DNA of 64,000 bases from Antedon mediterranea (GCF_964355755.1 NC_092679.1:21621432-21685431), one strand, 5' to 3'; numbered from the stretch's first letter, positions 25,835-40,800 are shown. The notes: generated from the sequence alone by a model not told the origin. Made by a program: numbers and translations.

Positions 25835-28800
25835 ATGCCTTTCATGTACGTTTCAAATATAATAATCTATTTAATTATAAGTAGTAATTTTATAGACTCA
25901 TTATATGTCAATTCCACATTTTTTTAATGACCGTAACTGTATGTTATATACTCTTCATAGAAAAAACACACACAAGAAAACTTGTTTGCATTTGAGGTCT
26001 TTTGGAGTGAACTAGGTTAATTTAAAATATAAGGTGTGAGGTGTGACTGAATCCAGGATACTAAGTTTGTAGGCAATCATATTGTAACCACTAATAAAAC
26101 AAAATTAAAAAACCCTCTATGTGCGACACTCTCTTAGAGGACATCCCATCATTGTTGGTTCTTGGAGGTGTCTCCTACTTATACTGTAGATGTTCTCAAC
26201 AATTTCTCATTAATTGTACTGACATACAGTAATGACATACAGTAATGACATACAGTAATGACATACAGTAATGACATACAGTAATGACATACAGTAATGT
26301 TTTATGAATGTTGAATGTGAAAGATACAGTAGAAAATAATAATACAGTAGTCTACTTGACAGGTTCAAGTACGAGCTTAACAGCGATTTCTGTACTTAAG
26401 TTTTCTTTTTGAACTACCAGCAACAAGCATGTTATTGTTATATCATTTGCCCTAATTAATTTTAACCTTCAATACTATTCAATTCTTTATCATTGATTCT
26501 TAAACTCTTTGAAGTATTTTGTGATGTAAAAACGTTGCGTAGTTACTTTTTATAGCTCTTTTGTATGTACTTTACATTTGTTGTTTTTAGGTCTTTGCTC
26601 TGAGCTCTGAGCTCAATATAAGCTATTAAATTGCTATTAAGATACTACAGTATGTAGGTTGTTATTCAACCACATTTTCTTCTAAATAAAATGATGTACA
26701 TATTAAAATATAAAACATTTGTAGGCGTGTGTATGTTTATGAAAAATAAATACTTTTTTATGAAATAGTTGGCGTTATGAAAGTGGTGGGCGGAAATTCT
26801 GAAGACGGGGCCGACCACCTCCGGTCAACGTGACGAGTACCTACTTTACACAGTACCCCGACTACTGGGAGAAAATCCCAAATATGTGAAATAAGCCAAG
26901 GATTTGGTTTGACCCATTAGTCATTAATTAGTATAAGGATTTGCCAATTTGTACAGTACAGTATCTTCAATATGAGTGTGGTGTACTGTGACATCAAGTA
27001 ATTTTAAACTGATATTTGATGATTATTTTATTAATTATTTTAGGAAAGAAAATCAAGAAGCCACCTCACAGGCTGACTATGGTGCAATACAGGATGTAAG
27101 CAGTATTAAATATGGTGAACTAGTGGTTTTAGGGTAAGTCTAATATGCTACAATCAGTATACAAATAATGAATGTTAATGAGTGACATTGACATGAGGTG
27201 AAAATATAACACATTTTCATCTTTTACTGAATTAAATTGTTTCTATCATTTAAACGAATATAAAAAAAACATTAGTTGTTTTATAAAATATAACACACCT
27301 TTTTTAACAAGAGGCTAAGCTAAGGCCAAAATAATTTGACGAGGCAGCGCTCCATTTTTAGACATGGAGTAGAATGATTATAGACGGCGCACCATACATG
27401 TTGAGTAAAATAGTCGTTATTTAATCTTTTTTTCTGAAATCGAAAAATATGGTTTTGTGTACATGTTTACTGTATACAATTAATATTTTTATAATTCTAA
27501 TCAGTTTGTAGATAAGCTAACCTAAATGATCAATAATGTTATTAAAGACCCAAAGACCCAACAGCTTGAGATGTCAATCGAAGGACGAGAGTGTTTCTTT
27601 GTATCTTAAATCGAATGTTTTGTGTACATGTTCACGGTACATTTTATACAATTTTTATAATTCAAATCAATTTGTATACTCGACTGTATAAACCATATTA
27701 TCAATTATACTGAATCTCCAAAGACCCAACAGCTTGATGTCATCCGAAGGACCAGAATGTACATATGTAGCACAGTGTAGTATAGGACGTTATTGAATCT
27801 TTGTATCTTAAATTGAATGTTTTATGTACATGTTTACTGTACATTTTATACAATTTTACAATTCAAATCAATTTGTATACTCTACTGTACAAACCCCTAA
27901 ATGATCAATAATGTTAAAGACCCAACGTCTAGAGATGTCATCTGAAGGATGAGAGTGTGTCTAGGAGAGTAAACTGCAAGATGCAATTAACCTCCTTTGT
28001 CATGTGTACTACTTACTACCTCAGGACTAGAGTGACATTCCTCACTAATTAATGTTTATAAAGTGACATTAATTATGTGAATGTTGTAAGTTAATCCATG
28101 TCATTAATTATTCAGTTGACCTTTTGACCTTTTATTGAACTTCTAGTACCAATTATGTGGACCAGCCGAAGTTCTAAGACAAAACCTGAAAATCATCAAA
28201 ATTTTAAATCAAATTTAATAATAGTTGAGTAAATATAATTGCTGGGACATTTGTTTCACTTTTTATCTTTATAGTGTTTTATTTACATTTTTAGTTTAGA
28301 CTTTTTGTCACCTAAAAAGTTAGGATGAATTATAAAATAGATTTATCTATATATCTTATATTCTTATCAAAAAACAATTGTCGGTGTCAAATGTATAACT
28401 CAACTGTATACTCAAATTAGTAGTAGTATGACTTTTAAACAATCTACTGTATACAGTATATTTATCTTATTTATATTCTTATCGAAAAACAATGTAAGAC
28501 TTTTTCTCTTTACATCCAAAAGTAATATAAAGTTTTTAATCTACATTATTATATCATTAATCCCCAAAATATACAGATGTTTTATAAAGAGATAATTTTG
28601 ATTTTTTTCAAAGCTTAGCTTAATTTTGTTTTGAAGAAGAGATACAACCTGAAGACATTTCGAGGTCACTACAGATCAGTTTGCTTTGCAAAATACCAAG
28701 CATGTAAAATAAAATAAGAAATTTGCAGGTGCACTGGATCTGATAATCGCCTGCAGGTCGATAGAATTATGAGAAACGTGACTTCTAAGATATACCAACA

Positions 28801-31800
28801 GTAACTGCATAGTATAACCACTTTACACAAATTAGTTGGTACTGACAAAAAAATTCTAGATTTTTGGAATTTAATTTAAAAAACATATTTTTGTGCATGT
28901 GTACTACTATATAGAGCCCCTGTTAAGGGGACACCTCCAGGACCCACTAAGTGACTGCGCCTATGTGCCTGAATAGACCCATAAATAGAGGGCCAGATTG
29001 TTAAAACATATAGTATTTACCCCTTATGGTGTCTCCTGAACAGAGGTTTCCCCTGAATAGGGGTGTCCCAAAGGAGATGTTTATTCATAATGCTTGTTCA
29101 CACTGGACTTCAAAAATTGTAATTTTAAGTAGGTACGGAATAAACCGTTTTTCCCATATTTTTGAAACAATACTTTTCAAATACAAATGCTATACTAGTG
29201 TACAATGAGACTTTACTATCTCAATTTCTAAACAAGGATTTTATGAATAAATAATTGCCAATTATCTATTAACGATTCTGTAGGATTAGTAGAGTGGGTG
29301 GTCATTATTGTAGTAATTATTCCGGCAGGCACATGGATTAAGCCAAAGAGCTTATTCCTGCACCCCCTGGCACCTTGCTTACATGCCAACTCACTGGGAA
29401 GACCACATCTTAGCACTAACACAACCTACTTACAGTTTTTTTATGGTTTAAACAACATTTATATATTTAAAAAGACAAAATACTGCAATAACTCACTAAA
29501 ATTATTTTAGATTGTTTAATTAGTAATACTTACTGTACTATACATTTTCTAAATGATTGTTTTTATTATTTTTGTCCAGTTTCAGTCTCAGATCCAAGTA
29601 GTATTTACATTATCATTCATTTTCGTCATCATCCATATCAGCATCATCTATATCATCATTATCCATATGATTTTTTTTTTAGTTATTATCATTATCTATA
29701 TCATTATCATCATCATTATCATCAATCCATATCATCATTATCATCATCTACAGTATATCATCATCATCATCCATTTTGTCATTATCATCATCATCCATAT
29801 TATCATTATCATCATCATCATCCATATTATCATTATCATCATCATCCATTGCATCATTATCATCATCTATATCATCATCATCCATTTTGTTATCATCATC
29901 ATCATCCATATTATCATTATCATCATCATCCATATCATCATTATTATCATTATCATTCATATCATTATCATCATTATTCTTATTATCATTATTATCATCA
30001 TCATCCATATCATCATTATCATCATGATCCATATTATCATTACCATCATGATCCATATCATCATTATTATCATCATCATCCATATCATCATTATTATCTT
30101 CATCATCCATATCATCATTATCATCATGATCCATATCATCATTATTATCATCATCATCCATATCATCATTATCATCATCATCATTATTATCATCATCATC
30201 TATATCATCATTATCATCATCATCATCCATATCATCATTATTATAATCCATATCATCAATATTAACATTATTATCCATATCATCATCATCATCATTATCA
30301 GTTATCATTATCATCATAATCATCCTCCATATCATCTTTTTCTCTTCTCAACATCATCATCTTTAAATATTACCCGACGACTCTTATTATAATGTAAAAC
30401 ATAAAACGTAATAATACAGTACACACATCATCGCATGAATATTACTATACAATATGATTGATGGGTAGACATACATGTAACAACTACAAATTCACTACTA
30501 TCAATCATACACACATAAACTCACTTCTGTGTAGCTCATATCCTTGATATTCAATGTGAAAATAAAAGCAAATTGTCGCCATAAAACAACAGTGAAGGTG
30601 AGAAACCAAACAAATTTTCTAATTTAATATAAAATGTTACAATACATAGAATTATGTTGATATTTGATAATAATACATTAAAACTTTAATAGGTTAAATA
30701 TTTAGTAACATCTATTGTACATTTACTTTTGAAAAAATTATTTTACGGTCATGCTAAAAAAAATCTTAACCTTAAACAACATCCTACATACTTATTAATG
30801 TAGCATTATTTATTGAATTTAATAACATAATTAAGTACATGTAGGTGTGGTTGTTTTTTTTTAGTAAATTTCACTTCCAGGAATACTGTACTATGTAGTA
30901 CTACAGTATATATAATTAGTATGCGTGGCACCTACTTAGCATGAAGTGGGACATTGCCTGCTGATATCAGCTGAATGTACTCTAACATGTTGTGAGCATT
31001 GTGACGAATAAGTAATTTTGACAATATGACACTTGTATTTTGCGAACTATCACTAGTTCAGTCAGAGTATATTACTAAGAACTTAAATGTCATCATAGGA
31101 GTAATATGACAATAATAATATAAGTAAGTTGAATTATTATTGGATGGTGCCTGCGCCTGAGTGACAATACGGAGCTTTCGATTTGCGATGACTGACGACC
31201 AAAACTTATTTCATGTTTCATGTCCCTGTACTGTAGCTCGGCTTCTTATCTCAACATAAGTTTGATGGTTTAAGTCCAGTCGACCATCGAGGACCGACGA
31301 CCACTCAAAAGCTTCCTAATGACCCATTGTCAAAAGAGAGCATTATAGTACCTGGGAAATTCTGTTTAAAACAAGAAAACTTTTGGCCTGGGTCTAAGAT
31401 ATTTAGGCTGAGGACCCAGCCTGTCTCTGCCCAGTATAGCTACTGTACAAGTACACATTGTAAAAGATGGGGAGCTACCCGAAAATAACTAATGTAGTAT
31501 TACCCAACTATTTAGTATTAGACCAATGAATGATCTTAAACAGGTTCTTTACGTTTTATTTATGAGGTTAATAAACTCAAGAGTATGATGAATCTCAATT
31601 GGAATTTACTAATAGAAAGTGTAATATGATCAGAATGTTTAATCATTAAATGAACATTCTTTTTTTTATTAAGACCATGATGTAGCATCTATCAAAGATT
31701 GTTTTGGGTGGCTAAATCTATGAAAAGTACTATGGGAGGCTGTGAAATGTTCTGTAAATTGTATTGGTTAACATTCAACAGTAATCTAAAAATTTAACTA

Positions 31801-34800
31801 ACTATTTATGATTGGTCAGATGTTTTGCCCTACTCTGACGTAATTTGTACTAGTACTGTGATCAGTGAGAATACTTGCGAACAAATTCTTGTATGGGACT
31901 CGAACCCATGACCTTTAGATCACTAGCCTGGCGTTCATACTTCTAGACGGTTTTTAAGATTGACTAAAAGAATGTTGGCTACAGTTGTACAATACCAACC
32001 ACCTCTATCCAATATTAAATTTGTGAAACATTACGAGGCAAAACCTATGAAAAGTACTATGGGTGGGAGGTTGTGAGTTGTAGTGGTGTTCTACCGTAAA
32101 TATGATCTTAAAATTATTTAAGTAAGAGTGACTGAAACATGTTGAGGTATAATACTATTTTGTGAGAATCAATTTATTGTTGACAAAGTCTCTTAAAAAA
32201 TTAAGAGAATTTTATTCTGAGTAGAATTGAAACACATTTGACATTGTCTATTCCTACTGTACAGACTTCCTTTTGTATTTTGAAAATATGAAATAGAAAG
32301 GCGATACTGGCCAGACTGTAGGTATGAAAGTCAACCAAATAAAGCTAGTGACTTGTCCAATTTTTTAATTTCCTTGTTCCTGGTATTTGGACATTCCTCT
32401 TTCCTTCTGAACATTCCAGACAATCAAAGTGAACATTTATTTTTCCCAAGTGTATCAACCTTTTGATCTTATTGTCAGCGAAAATTACATTATTGTAACG
32501 TTCCAAATTCTATACCAAAAGCTACCCCATGAAGGAACGACCTAATTTAAACATGTATTACATTTAAATTGTATGCGTTTGCAATTTAGTTTTATAATCG
32601 AGACCAGCTGTAGATTAGAGTAATATTGTAATGAATAAAATATATTATTGATGGAATGGAATTGGTTGCCAGGTTATTCTCCATTTCTACCCTATCAAAA
32701 AAGCTATTTCAAGCTGCTTGATATTTTGATTTGTTGTAATTTTTTATGGCATTTGAATTAATTTAATTTTGTATGAGAAACTACAGATGTTAATGTTGCT
32801 CTCTATTATTATTAACTACTATGTACAGTTTGATACATTTATTCTTCATTCATCAAAATGTATTTTTATATTATTGGATAGAGATCTGTTTAGAATTTAA
32901 TTTAAATTAAAAAGTATGGAACCATTTTATGCAAGAGGAATATGCAGCTATCAACAGTTAGAGATAGAATTTACGATGATACAGTACCTCTTGTTGCCTG
33001 TAAATTGTATGATTTTTTCTTTCTCGGTCATGCCATTATTATTAGTGAGGGATCAATTCAATTCAATTCAATTCAAAATTCTTTAATCATCCCACACGGG
33101 GCAATTCAAATAAAAAGGTCTGGATTAAAATGATCTTACAAAATATACAAAATATCACAATACACAGAACAAAATAGAAAAAAAGTCAAGTCAAGGTTCA
33201 AGAATTTAAGAGTCGAATAGCCACTGGCAAAAACGAATTCCTTTGCCATGCATATTCATGATTGTTATGCATAATTAATACATCATGCATATTCATGTTT
33301 ATGCATACATGGTGGAAACACAATAATGCAACCCGATATGACGATGATACCTGTTGCCTGTATATTATATGATTATTTTTTTGCCAGTTATGGAATTATT
33401 ATTAATGAGGGATCATGCATATTCATGTTTATGCATACATGGTGGAAACACAATAATGCAACCCGATATGACGATGATACCTGTTGCCTGTATATTATAT
33501 GATTATTTTTTTGCCAGTTATGGAATTATTATTAATGAGGGATCATGCATATTCATGTTTATGCATACATGGTGGAAACACAATAATGCAACCCGATATG
33601 ACGATGATACCTGTTGCCTGTATATTATATGATTATTTTTTTGCCAGTCATGGAATTATTATTAATGAGGAATCAAGCATATTCATGTTTATGCATAATT
33701 AGTAACATGCATATTCATGTTTATGCATTGCATGGTGGATACCCCCTGTTTCCTTTAATGCATATTCATGTTTCTTTTGTAGGTATAATGGCTGTCTTCC
33801 TTCAGGCAACAGAGGTCGCCGACGTAGCTCATTCCAGTTAGAGAAAAGGTCAACCGGGAATGGCGTCAAACCGTCCACACATTATGAAATTAATTCATCG
33901 CAAACCGCTCAGGTGCGTACAAATTGCTCATTCAAATGTGGAGTGTAATTTTGTTTTATTGCATACTATTAAATAGATAGATTACAAATTTTTGAGAAAA
34001 TATGCCCTATTATATTACATTACCATAATAATATGTATCCAAACGTATTGTTTTAAAATCATTAAAAAAAAAATGTCACAAAAAATTAAGTGATTTATAT
34101 TCATATTATTTTGTATTACCGAAATAATACAAAATTATACAGTATTTAGTTTCTAGTTTCTACAGTAAAGTACTTGAGTATTTGAAACAATTAAACATTC
34201 TTAACCATACTGTATTGTAGCAGTGCCTCTAGGTGTGTGGTATACTTTATGCATAGGAACAGGCATACTGTAAATTTACATTATACAGTCAATAGGATAT
34301 TACAAATGTGAACTTGGAAAGTTTTGTTTTCATAAATGTATGTTTTATTTTGTTTTTGTATTTCATCAAAACCAACAGCAACGAAAGTTGCCACTTAAAG
34401 TTATGAAACAGAAAACAGATACAATACTCAATGTATGAAGCAAACTTAAATAAATATGTAAATAGTAAAATTAGCCTATTAAGCATGATTATTTAAAAAA
34501 AGAATACAATGAGTCTTGAATGAAGAATAACTATTGAAAAAATATCAACATTTACATTGGACTCACTTAATTTTAAATAGATACAAAAAGGCAAGCGTGT
34601 CTGAAACCCCCTTTTCGAGACATTTAATCTATTTAAAGCGAAAAATTTAAAAAAATGTATGTAAAAGAAACAAACATTGGGGACCTTTAGTTATAGTATC
34701 CAAGAAAGTTGAGTGGGTTTTCAGATTTTGAAGTGTTTTGTCTTTGGCGCGAGACAGAGGTGATAATGAAAGTGAGAAGCCACTGAACAATGACATCATG

Positions 34801-37800
34801 ATATTGATTGATATAAGCGGCTTCTTTGACACCTGCACATCTGTAGTTTGCAGAGAGTGTTGAATTGATTCAATTTCAATGATTTCCTATATATGTACAT
34901 AAACCCAGTGGGATACCTTAAGTAAAATGTTCTGGTGCAAGCTGGAGATCTCCTTATTCATTAAAAAATGATTCAATATACTAATAGAATATGTAAAAAA
35001 AAATATGTATAAAATATAAGCTCTGTCTACACTATCAAACTAGTTTGACATAAAAAGTGGGATATGCCCAAATATGGTAGTGATATGCCCAAATATGGTA
35101 GTGATATGCCCAAATATGGTAGTGATATGACATCATCATGTCCATATATAGGAGCTTTACACAGTATATTACAAGGTCTTGTAAACCACTATAAGCTAGC
35201 CATTTTATCCTTATGTTTTACATTTGTGAAAAGTTAACACAATTTCCCAGCACTTGTTCATTTAATAATCAAATCATAACATTTAACAAATCACTATGGG
35301 CTAGCCAGTTTTCTAATTTTCCCAGCACCTGGCTTATTTAATCATCAGATTTTCACAGACTAAGTTTGATAAGCATTTAGTTCTGTTTGCGTTAGTTTGA
35401 GCTTGCAAGAATAAACAAATCAAATTTACTCATTGAGCTAATGATAAGAAAATTGTAATAAGGACATTTTTTTTAACCATAAATATATAATATGTGTATG
35501 TATAGCAAAATAATTATGTACAGTAGTGTACTGTACACACATAATGATACTATTTGCTGAAAGAAATGAGAATGTTTGAGTTTAATATAAGCTACCGGTA
35601 AGCATATTTGATAGATACAGTATCTACCCTTTAAGCGTGGTTCCCACTAGCAACGCAACACAAGGACGTAACGCAATGCAAGTGAATTGACCAATCACAA
35701 GCGATGGCTTATTCGCTTGTGATTGCTAACTGTCTATAACTTTGCTTGTCATTGGTTAAAACGCTTGCGTTGCGTTTACGTCCTTGCGTTACGTTCTAGT
35801 GGGAACCAAGCTTTACATAGTAAATCTACATTGTTGGGATAGCATATAATGTATAACAGACTACAAAGAATATGCATTTAACAATCTAGGCAACAAACAA
35901 TTACAGTGGCTGTGTACATTGACTACAGTATAAATAATAGTGTATTGTTAAAAAAAAACTATTGTTCATTCATTGCTTGTTGTACATACAGGTATTCAAG
36001 TGTTGTTTTTGTGTTTATTCTAAAGAAATGTACTAAATGATTATTTACTAGTTTTAATACATAAAGTAAAGAGAGAAACTAAAACAGCTATCCAATGATA
36101 AAGTGAACTGTTAACACTATATAGACGTCCTACCAGTACCAGGGAGTTGTATTTACAACACTATATAGACGTCCTACCAGTACCAGGGAGTTGTAATTCT
36201 AATTACAACTCCATGGTCGTACCATTATGGTGTATGCACATGTTACACAATTATGGATTTAAATTCTTTAGATATCTTTAACTGTAATTTCTCTCAATTT
36301 AAATGTATTATTAATGAAATTATTTAAATAATCTTATTTACATTTTTGTATATATTTATATTGGCTTATATATATAGTTTAGTTATTTTATTTTCAACCT
36401 GTTATTGGTGTTTTACACTGTTGGCTTGAAATAAAGAATAAAGAATACAATAATTTTCTTAATATAATAATAAAAATGATCTTTTATGACTTTGTTGACA
36501 ATCATTATAAATATTTATGTGGTTTTCCATCACCTTTTTTGTGCTTTTCTATTTTTTTTTTTACTTTTATACCAAAACAAGGAAATTATATTATATTTTT
36601 TTATTTCCTAGAAACTGGTGTTTCAAGGTGTCCGTATCCATAAAACAACATGAAGGGTTATTTTAATGTTTTTATTTGTCTTGCAGGTGGTGCAAAATGA
36701 ATCCCAACATAGCATATCATACACATTATCCAGAAATAAAACAGTGGTAGTAGAATACAAGGTTGACCCTGAACTTGACATGTTCCAGGTCAGTGCACAC
36801 ACTATGTTGTAATGATGACAACCGTATACAAAATTGCAGTACAGTATATAGTTACTGCAGTAAATGATTTTGTTAGGTAGCACAACCAGTAGATGCCTAC
36901 ATGTGTTTAGGAAGCTGTTCCCTTGTTTATTTTTGATATATTCTTGGAACACTTGCCTAGTGTTAAACGAACGAGAAGAAATATATATTTAGCACCGTCT
37001 ACGCAGTGGCGTAACGTCTATGAGCACTAAGTGGCTAAGCCCAAGGCTCCAGAGTTTAAGTGGCCTCAGATCAAATAACTCAGTGTTTTAGAGGATCCCT
37101 TAAGAGTGGTAAAGTGGCCTTTGCCCCTTGAATTGCGCCTCTGTGTCTATGACCTTAATTTGGGCACACTATTAAGGTTAAATTTTGACAAAAATGTCCC
37201 CTCCTTTATAGGTGTTCAACTTTAGATTTAATAATTGTCATAATTGGACATTTATTTTATAGGTTGGACGTTCAACGGAACCAGTCATAGATTTTGTTGT
37301 CATGGATACTGTGCCTGGAGCATGTACGTTGGAAGATTGCACAGTGACGGAAAGCACCATTTCACGGTTTGCGTGTCGTATCATGGTTCAGCGAACACCA
37401 CCGTACCAGGCAAGAATTTACGCAGCTGGTTTTAACAATGCTAAGAATATATTTCTAGGGGTACGATATCTTTTTAATTTTTCTTTTTTATATAAAAGGA
37501 TATACTAAAATACTATAATAAATTAATAGGGAAGTGCAACATCAAGACTAGGTTAAAGTTAATATACCGTCGACTCTCCCAGTACTGGACACCTTTTGGC
37601 TGGCCTTTAATATATCTGTTGTTATGGAAAATCTAGTATTCAGAATGTGTTTTTAAAGGTAAAAAAGAATTTGAGACCTTTTGGATCTCAAGAAATTGAC
37701 TGATTTTGCGAGAGTTTCTGGATGTTAGAGAGGTAATTCATCAGGGCTGGACAAAACATGGGCTACACACAATGAAGGAAATGTTTACAAAAACATTTGT

Positions 37801-40800
37801 GAAAATCAAATTTAATATACGGTAGAACTTAAATCAATTAACTATTGTAATACTACCTAACCCTAACCACAAATTACTTTATTAATAATCTTTGTAGGAA
37901 AAGGCTTGTAAATGGAGGACAGAGGATGGAATGGATGGTCTAACAACAAATGGTATTTTGATTATGAAACCAATCGGTGGTTTTGATGGTAATGCGAAAC
38001 CAGGTGTATGGCGGGAGGTGTCAGTTTGTGGGCATGTGTACAAGTTACGAGAGACCCGCTCTGCTCAGGAACGAGGCAGTTTGGTACGATTTATTATATT
38101 AATGTAACATTTATTTAAAATTTCTATTTTTTTTTAGCTTATTCAGTACTATCTGGTGTAAACCTTTGGTTCAAACTTTTTTTTTACCAAGTTTGTATCT
38201 GGTCTAAAGGGTCTTTCACACCTGCTCCGGTTCAGGTTCATACCAGATTGCGCGCATAGCATTAGCAACTTTCCGTTTAATGATTATAAAGATCATCTTT
38301 AAATCATCTTTAAATATGGACATATATTTAGAATGTGTAGTTATACCCTTGGGTGGGCTTATATGCAAGGGTGGGCTTATACTTGAGGGTGGGCTTATAT
38401 CCAAGGGTGGGTCTATAACTGAGCCAGTATTGCATTATTCTCTTTTATTCAAATTCTATTGTCGATTGTTTAATAAAAATTTTTACCCATACACTGCACT
38501 TTATAACTTTTAATACTGTTACTAAAAAATGATAGTGTGCATAGCTGTCATATGATGAATTTCGAATCCCAGTGTCATAGGTTTTGCTTCTGGAGTACTT
38601 ACCATTTTAGGTCTTGTTTTCATGACTAAAACCAGTGCTACTTCAGCTACCAAAAGGGTATGGGTGAGAACAGCAAGTTAAAAAATGGGACAAAGTTATT
38701 CAAACAACACCAGTTAGAGGGGTTAAAACAAATTGGAAGACCTTTTTATGCTCTACCAGGCACAACTACATATATGCTAATAAACTGAAATCCATATTTG
38801 TTTTTTCAATAACTACATAGCCATGTCACTTTTAGTGCTAGATATTATAATATAATGTCCATGTCCCTTTCACCCTGCAATGCACTTTTCCACAGCAGAC
38901 ATCCATATGTTTGGCCATTAAATTAAGAGACTGACAATTTCCAGGCCTGACAATGTGTCATTTCTAGGTTAGGGTTGAATGGGCAGCAGACAATATATGA
39001 AAATGGTGAATATTATAGCAGAGCCACATCCCTATTTAGAACAGACTTCCTCTAGAAACACTTAACACTAATAGTCAACCCCCCATTCAAGGACACCCCT
39101 ATTAAGGGGGCCTTGTTAGTTCCTTAATGTGTTCCCTTAACTGTATTTAAACTGTATTAACATTTCTTTTGGTACTTCAGATTGAAGGTGAAGAAAATGT
39201 GCTTGTTGATGGAACGCTAATTGATCTGTGTGGTGCAACGTTGCTATGGCGATCTGCTTCTGGACTAATGAGAACGCCTGTAAGTAAAACATTTTCTATC
39301 TAGGATTCTGATTGGTTGAATGTTTTGAACCTCTCAATAATGATGTATAACTTGTTTATTTTACTTCTTAGACTCAACGGCACCTTGAGATGTTGCGCCA
39401 AAATATTAATGATGCACGCCCTCAATGCCCGATTGGTTTCAATACGCTTGTTTTACCTTCAAGTAGACGTTCTAGGGTAGGTTGTAATTATTTTACCGCA
39501 AATAAGAACATTTTTTTAATGCAGAATTCCCAAGTGTACATTTCCTCCTAACATCAATGTATAAGCGCCTTGAGTGGTATGTGAGCTATATAAATCCATG
39601 TTATTATTATATTTTGTTTTAAATGTGTAGGTGTTAACAGAAAAACAACCCTATGCTTACCTCAAATGTGGACATGTACACGGCTATCATCACTGGGACA
39701 GCAAAGAAAATGAGAGTAAAGGGAATCGTACATGTCCAATGTGCCGAGTGGTAAGTGGTTTAATGTTTGTGAACAATTAAACAGTCTTTTTAAAAGCATG
39801 GCCCGATTTCATAGTGGCCCTGTTATGGGAAAACCTATACAGGCTGTAAAACATGGGTTGTGCCTAGTAGGCTAGTTAAAATTAGTGCTATTTTCTATAC
39901 TAGTACAAGGGCCAGTTTGACAGTATAAATGTCTAGATCCTATGGGCAAGTAAAATTCACAGCTAACCAACCCAATTGGGCAGCTGGGAAATATAGAATA
40001 AACTGCAATTTCATTATTTTAAGCTCACAAAAAAAGCATGACATGTTGGCTTACTATCTAAAGAGCTCTCTGTCTACACTATCAAACTAGTTTGACAAAA
40101 ATAATGTGATGTGCCCAAGGATGGTGGTGATATGCCCAAATATGTTAGTGATATGACATCATCATGTCCATATATGGTCACATCACATGTTTTTGTCACA
40201 TAAAGTTTGATAGTTTATTCTTTCATAGTTCAATTTATCCATCTTCCTTAAAATCTACAAATTGTACGATCACATGAATATTTATTAGCAATTTGTATTG
40301 TGTTTGTAAACACAATATCACAATTTAAATTAAATCGAAAAACACTTTAGTCTTACCAAAATGGCATAATGATTCTGGTAAAAGAACATTTCAATACCGC
40401 TCAGTCAAACTCTGGAATAATCTTTCACCAGATATTCGCAGCTCTATAAATTCATTAAACTTTGCAATTGTTTAAAAATTTGATCTAACTGTATTTTTCT
40501 CTTGCTTCGTGTGATATTGTAGTCTTTAAAAACGTTTTCATAATTTTCCATTTTTATTGTTTATATTTGTAATTTGTAAGTGTTAACTGGACTTCAAGGA
40601 AGAAAAATCTACAAATATTGAATGAATATCCAGAATATAGAAAGATTTCTATCTATCTATCTACCCAATCCATCAATTGATGGTACAGTACTATATAGCA
40701 CTATAGATCCTACAGTTCAAATGTGGTTTTTATCAGAACGAAAATACATATGTGGAATCCCTTTGTTATGATGTTCATCTCAACAATTAATTCATAGTCA

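Noticed and set aside
29553-30392. Long Ile-, His-, Ser-, Asp- and Met-rich ORFs as genes
   Set aside because: All are translations of one ATC/ATT triplet repeat in an intron; no splice or domain support.
33354-33841. Three similar ORFs as a small gene family
   Set aside because: They are the 130-bp tandem units read in successive frames.
37855-37869. Interstitial telomeric repeats (also about 13372 and 38965)
   Set aside because: Only about two units; expected by chance or from repeat fragments.
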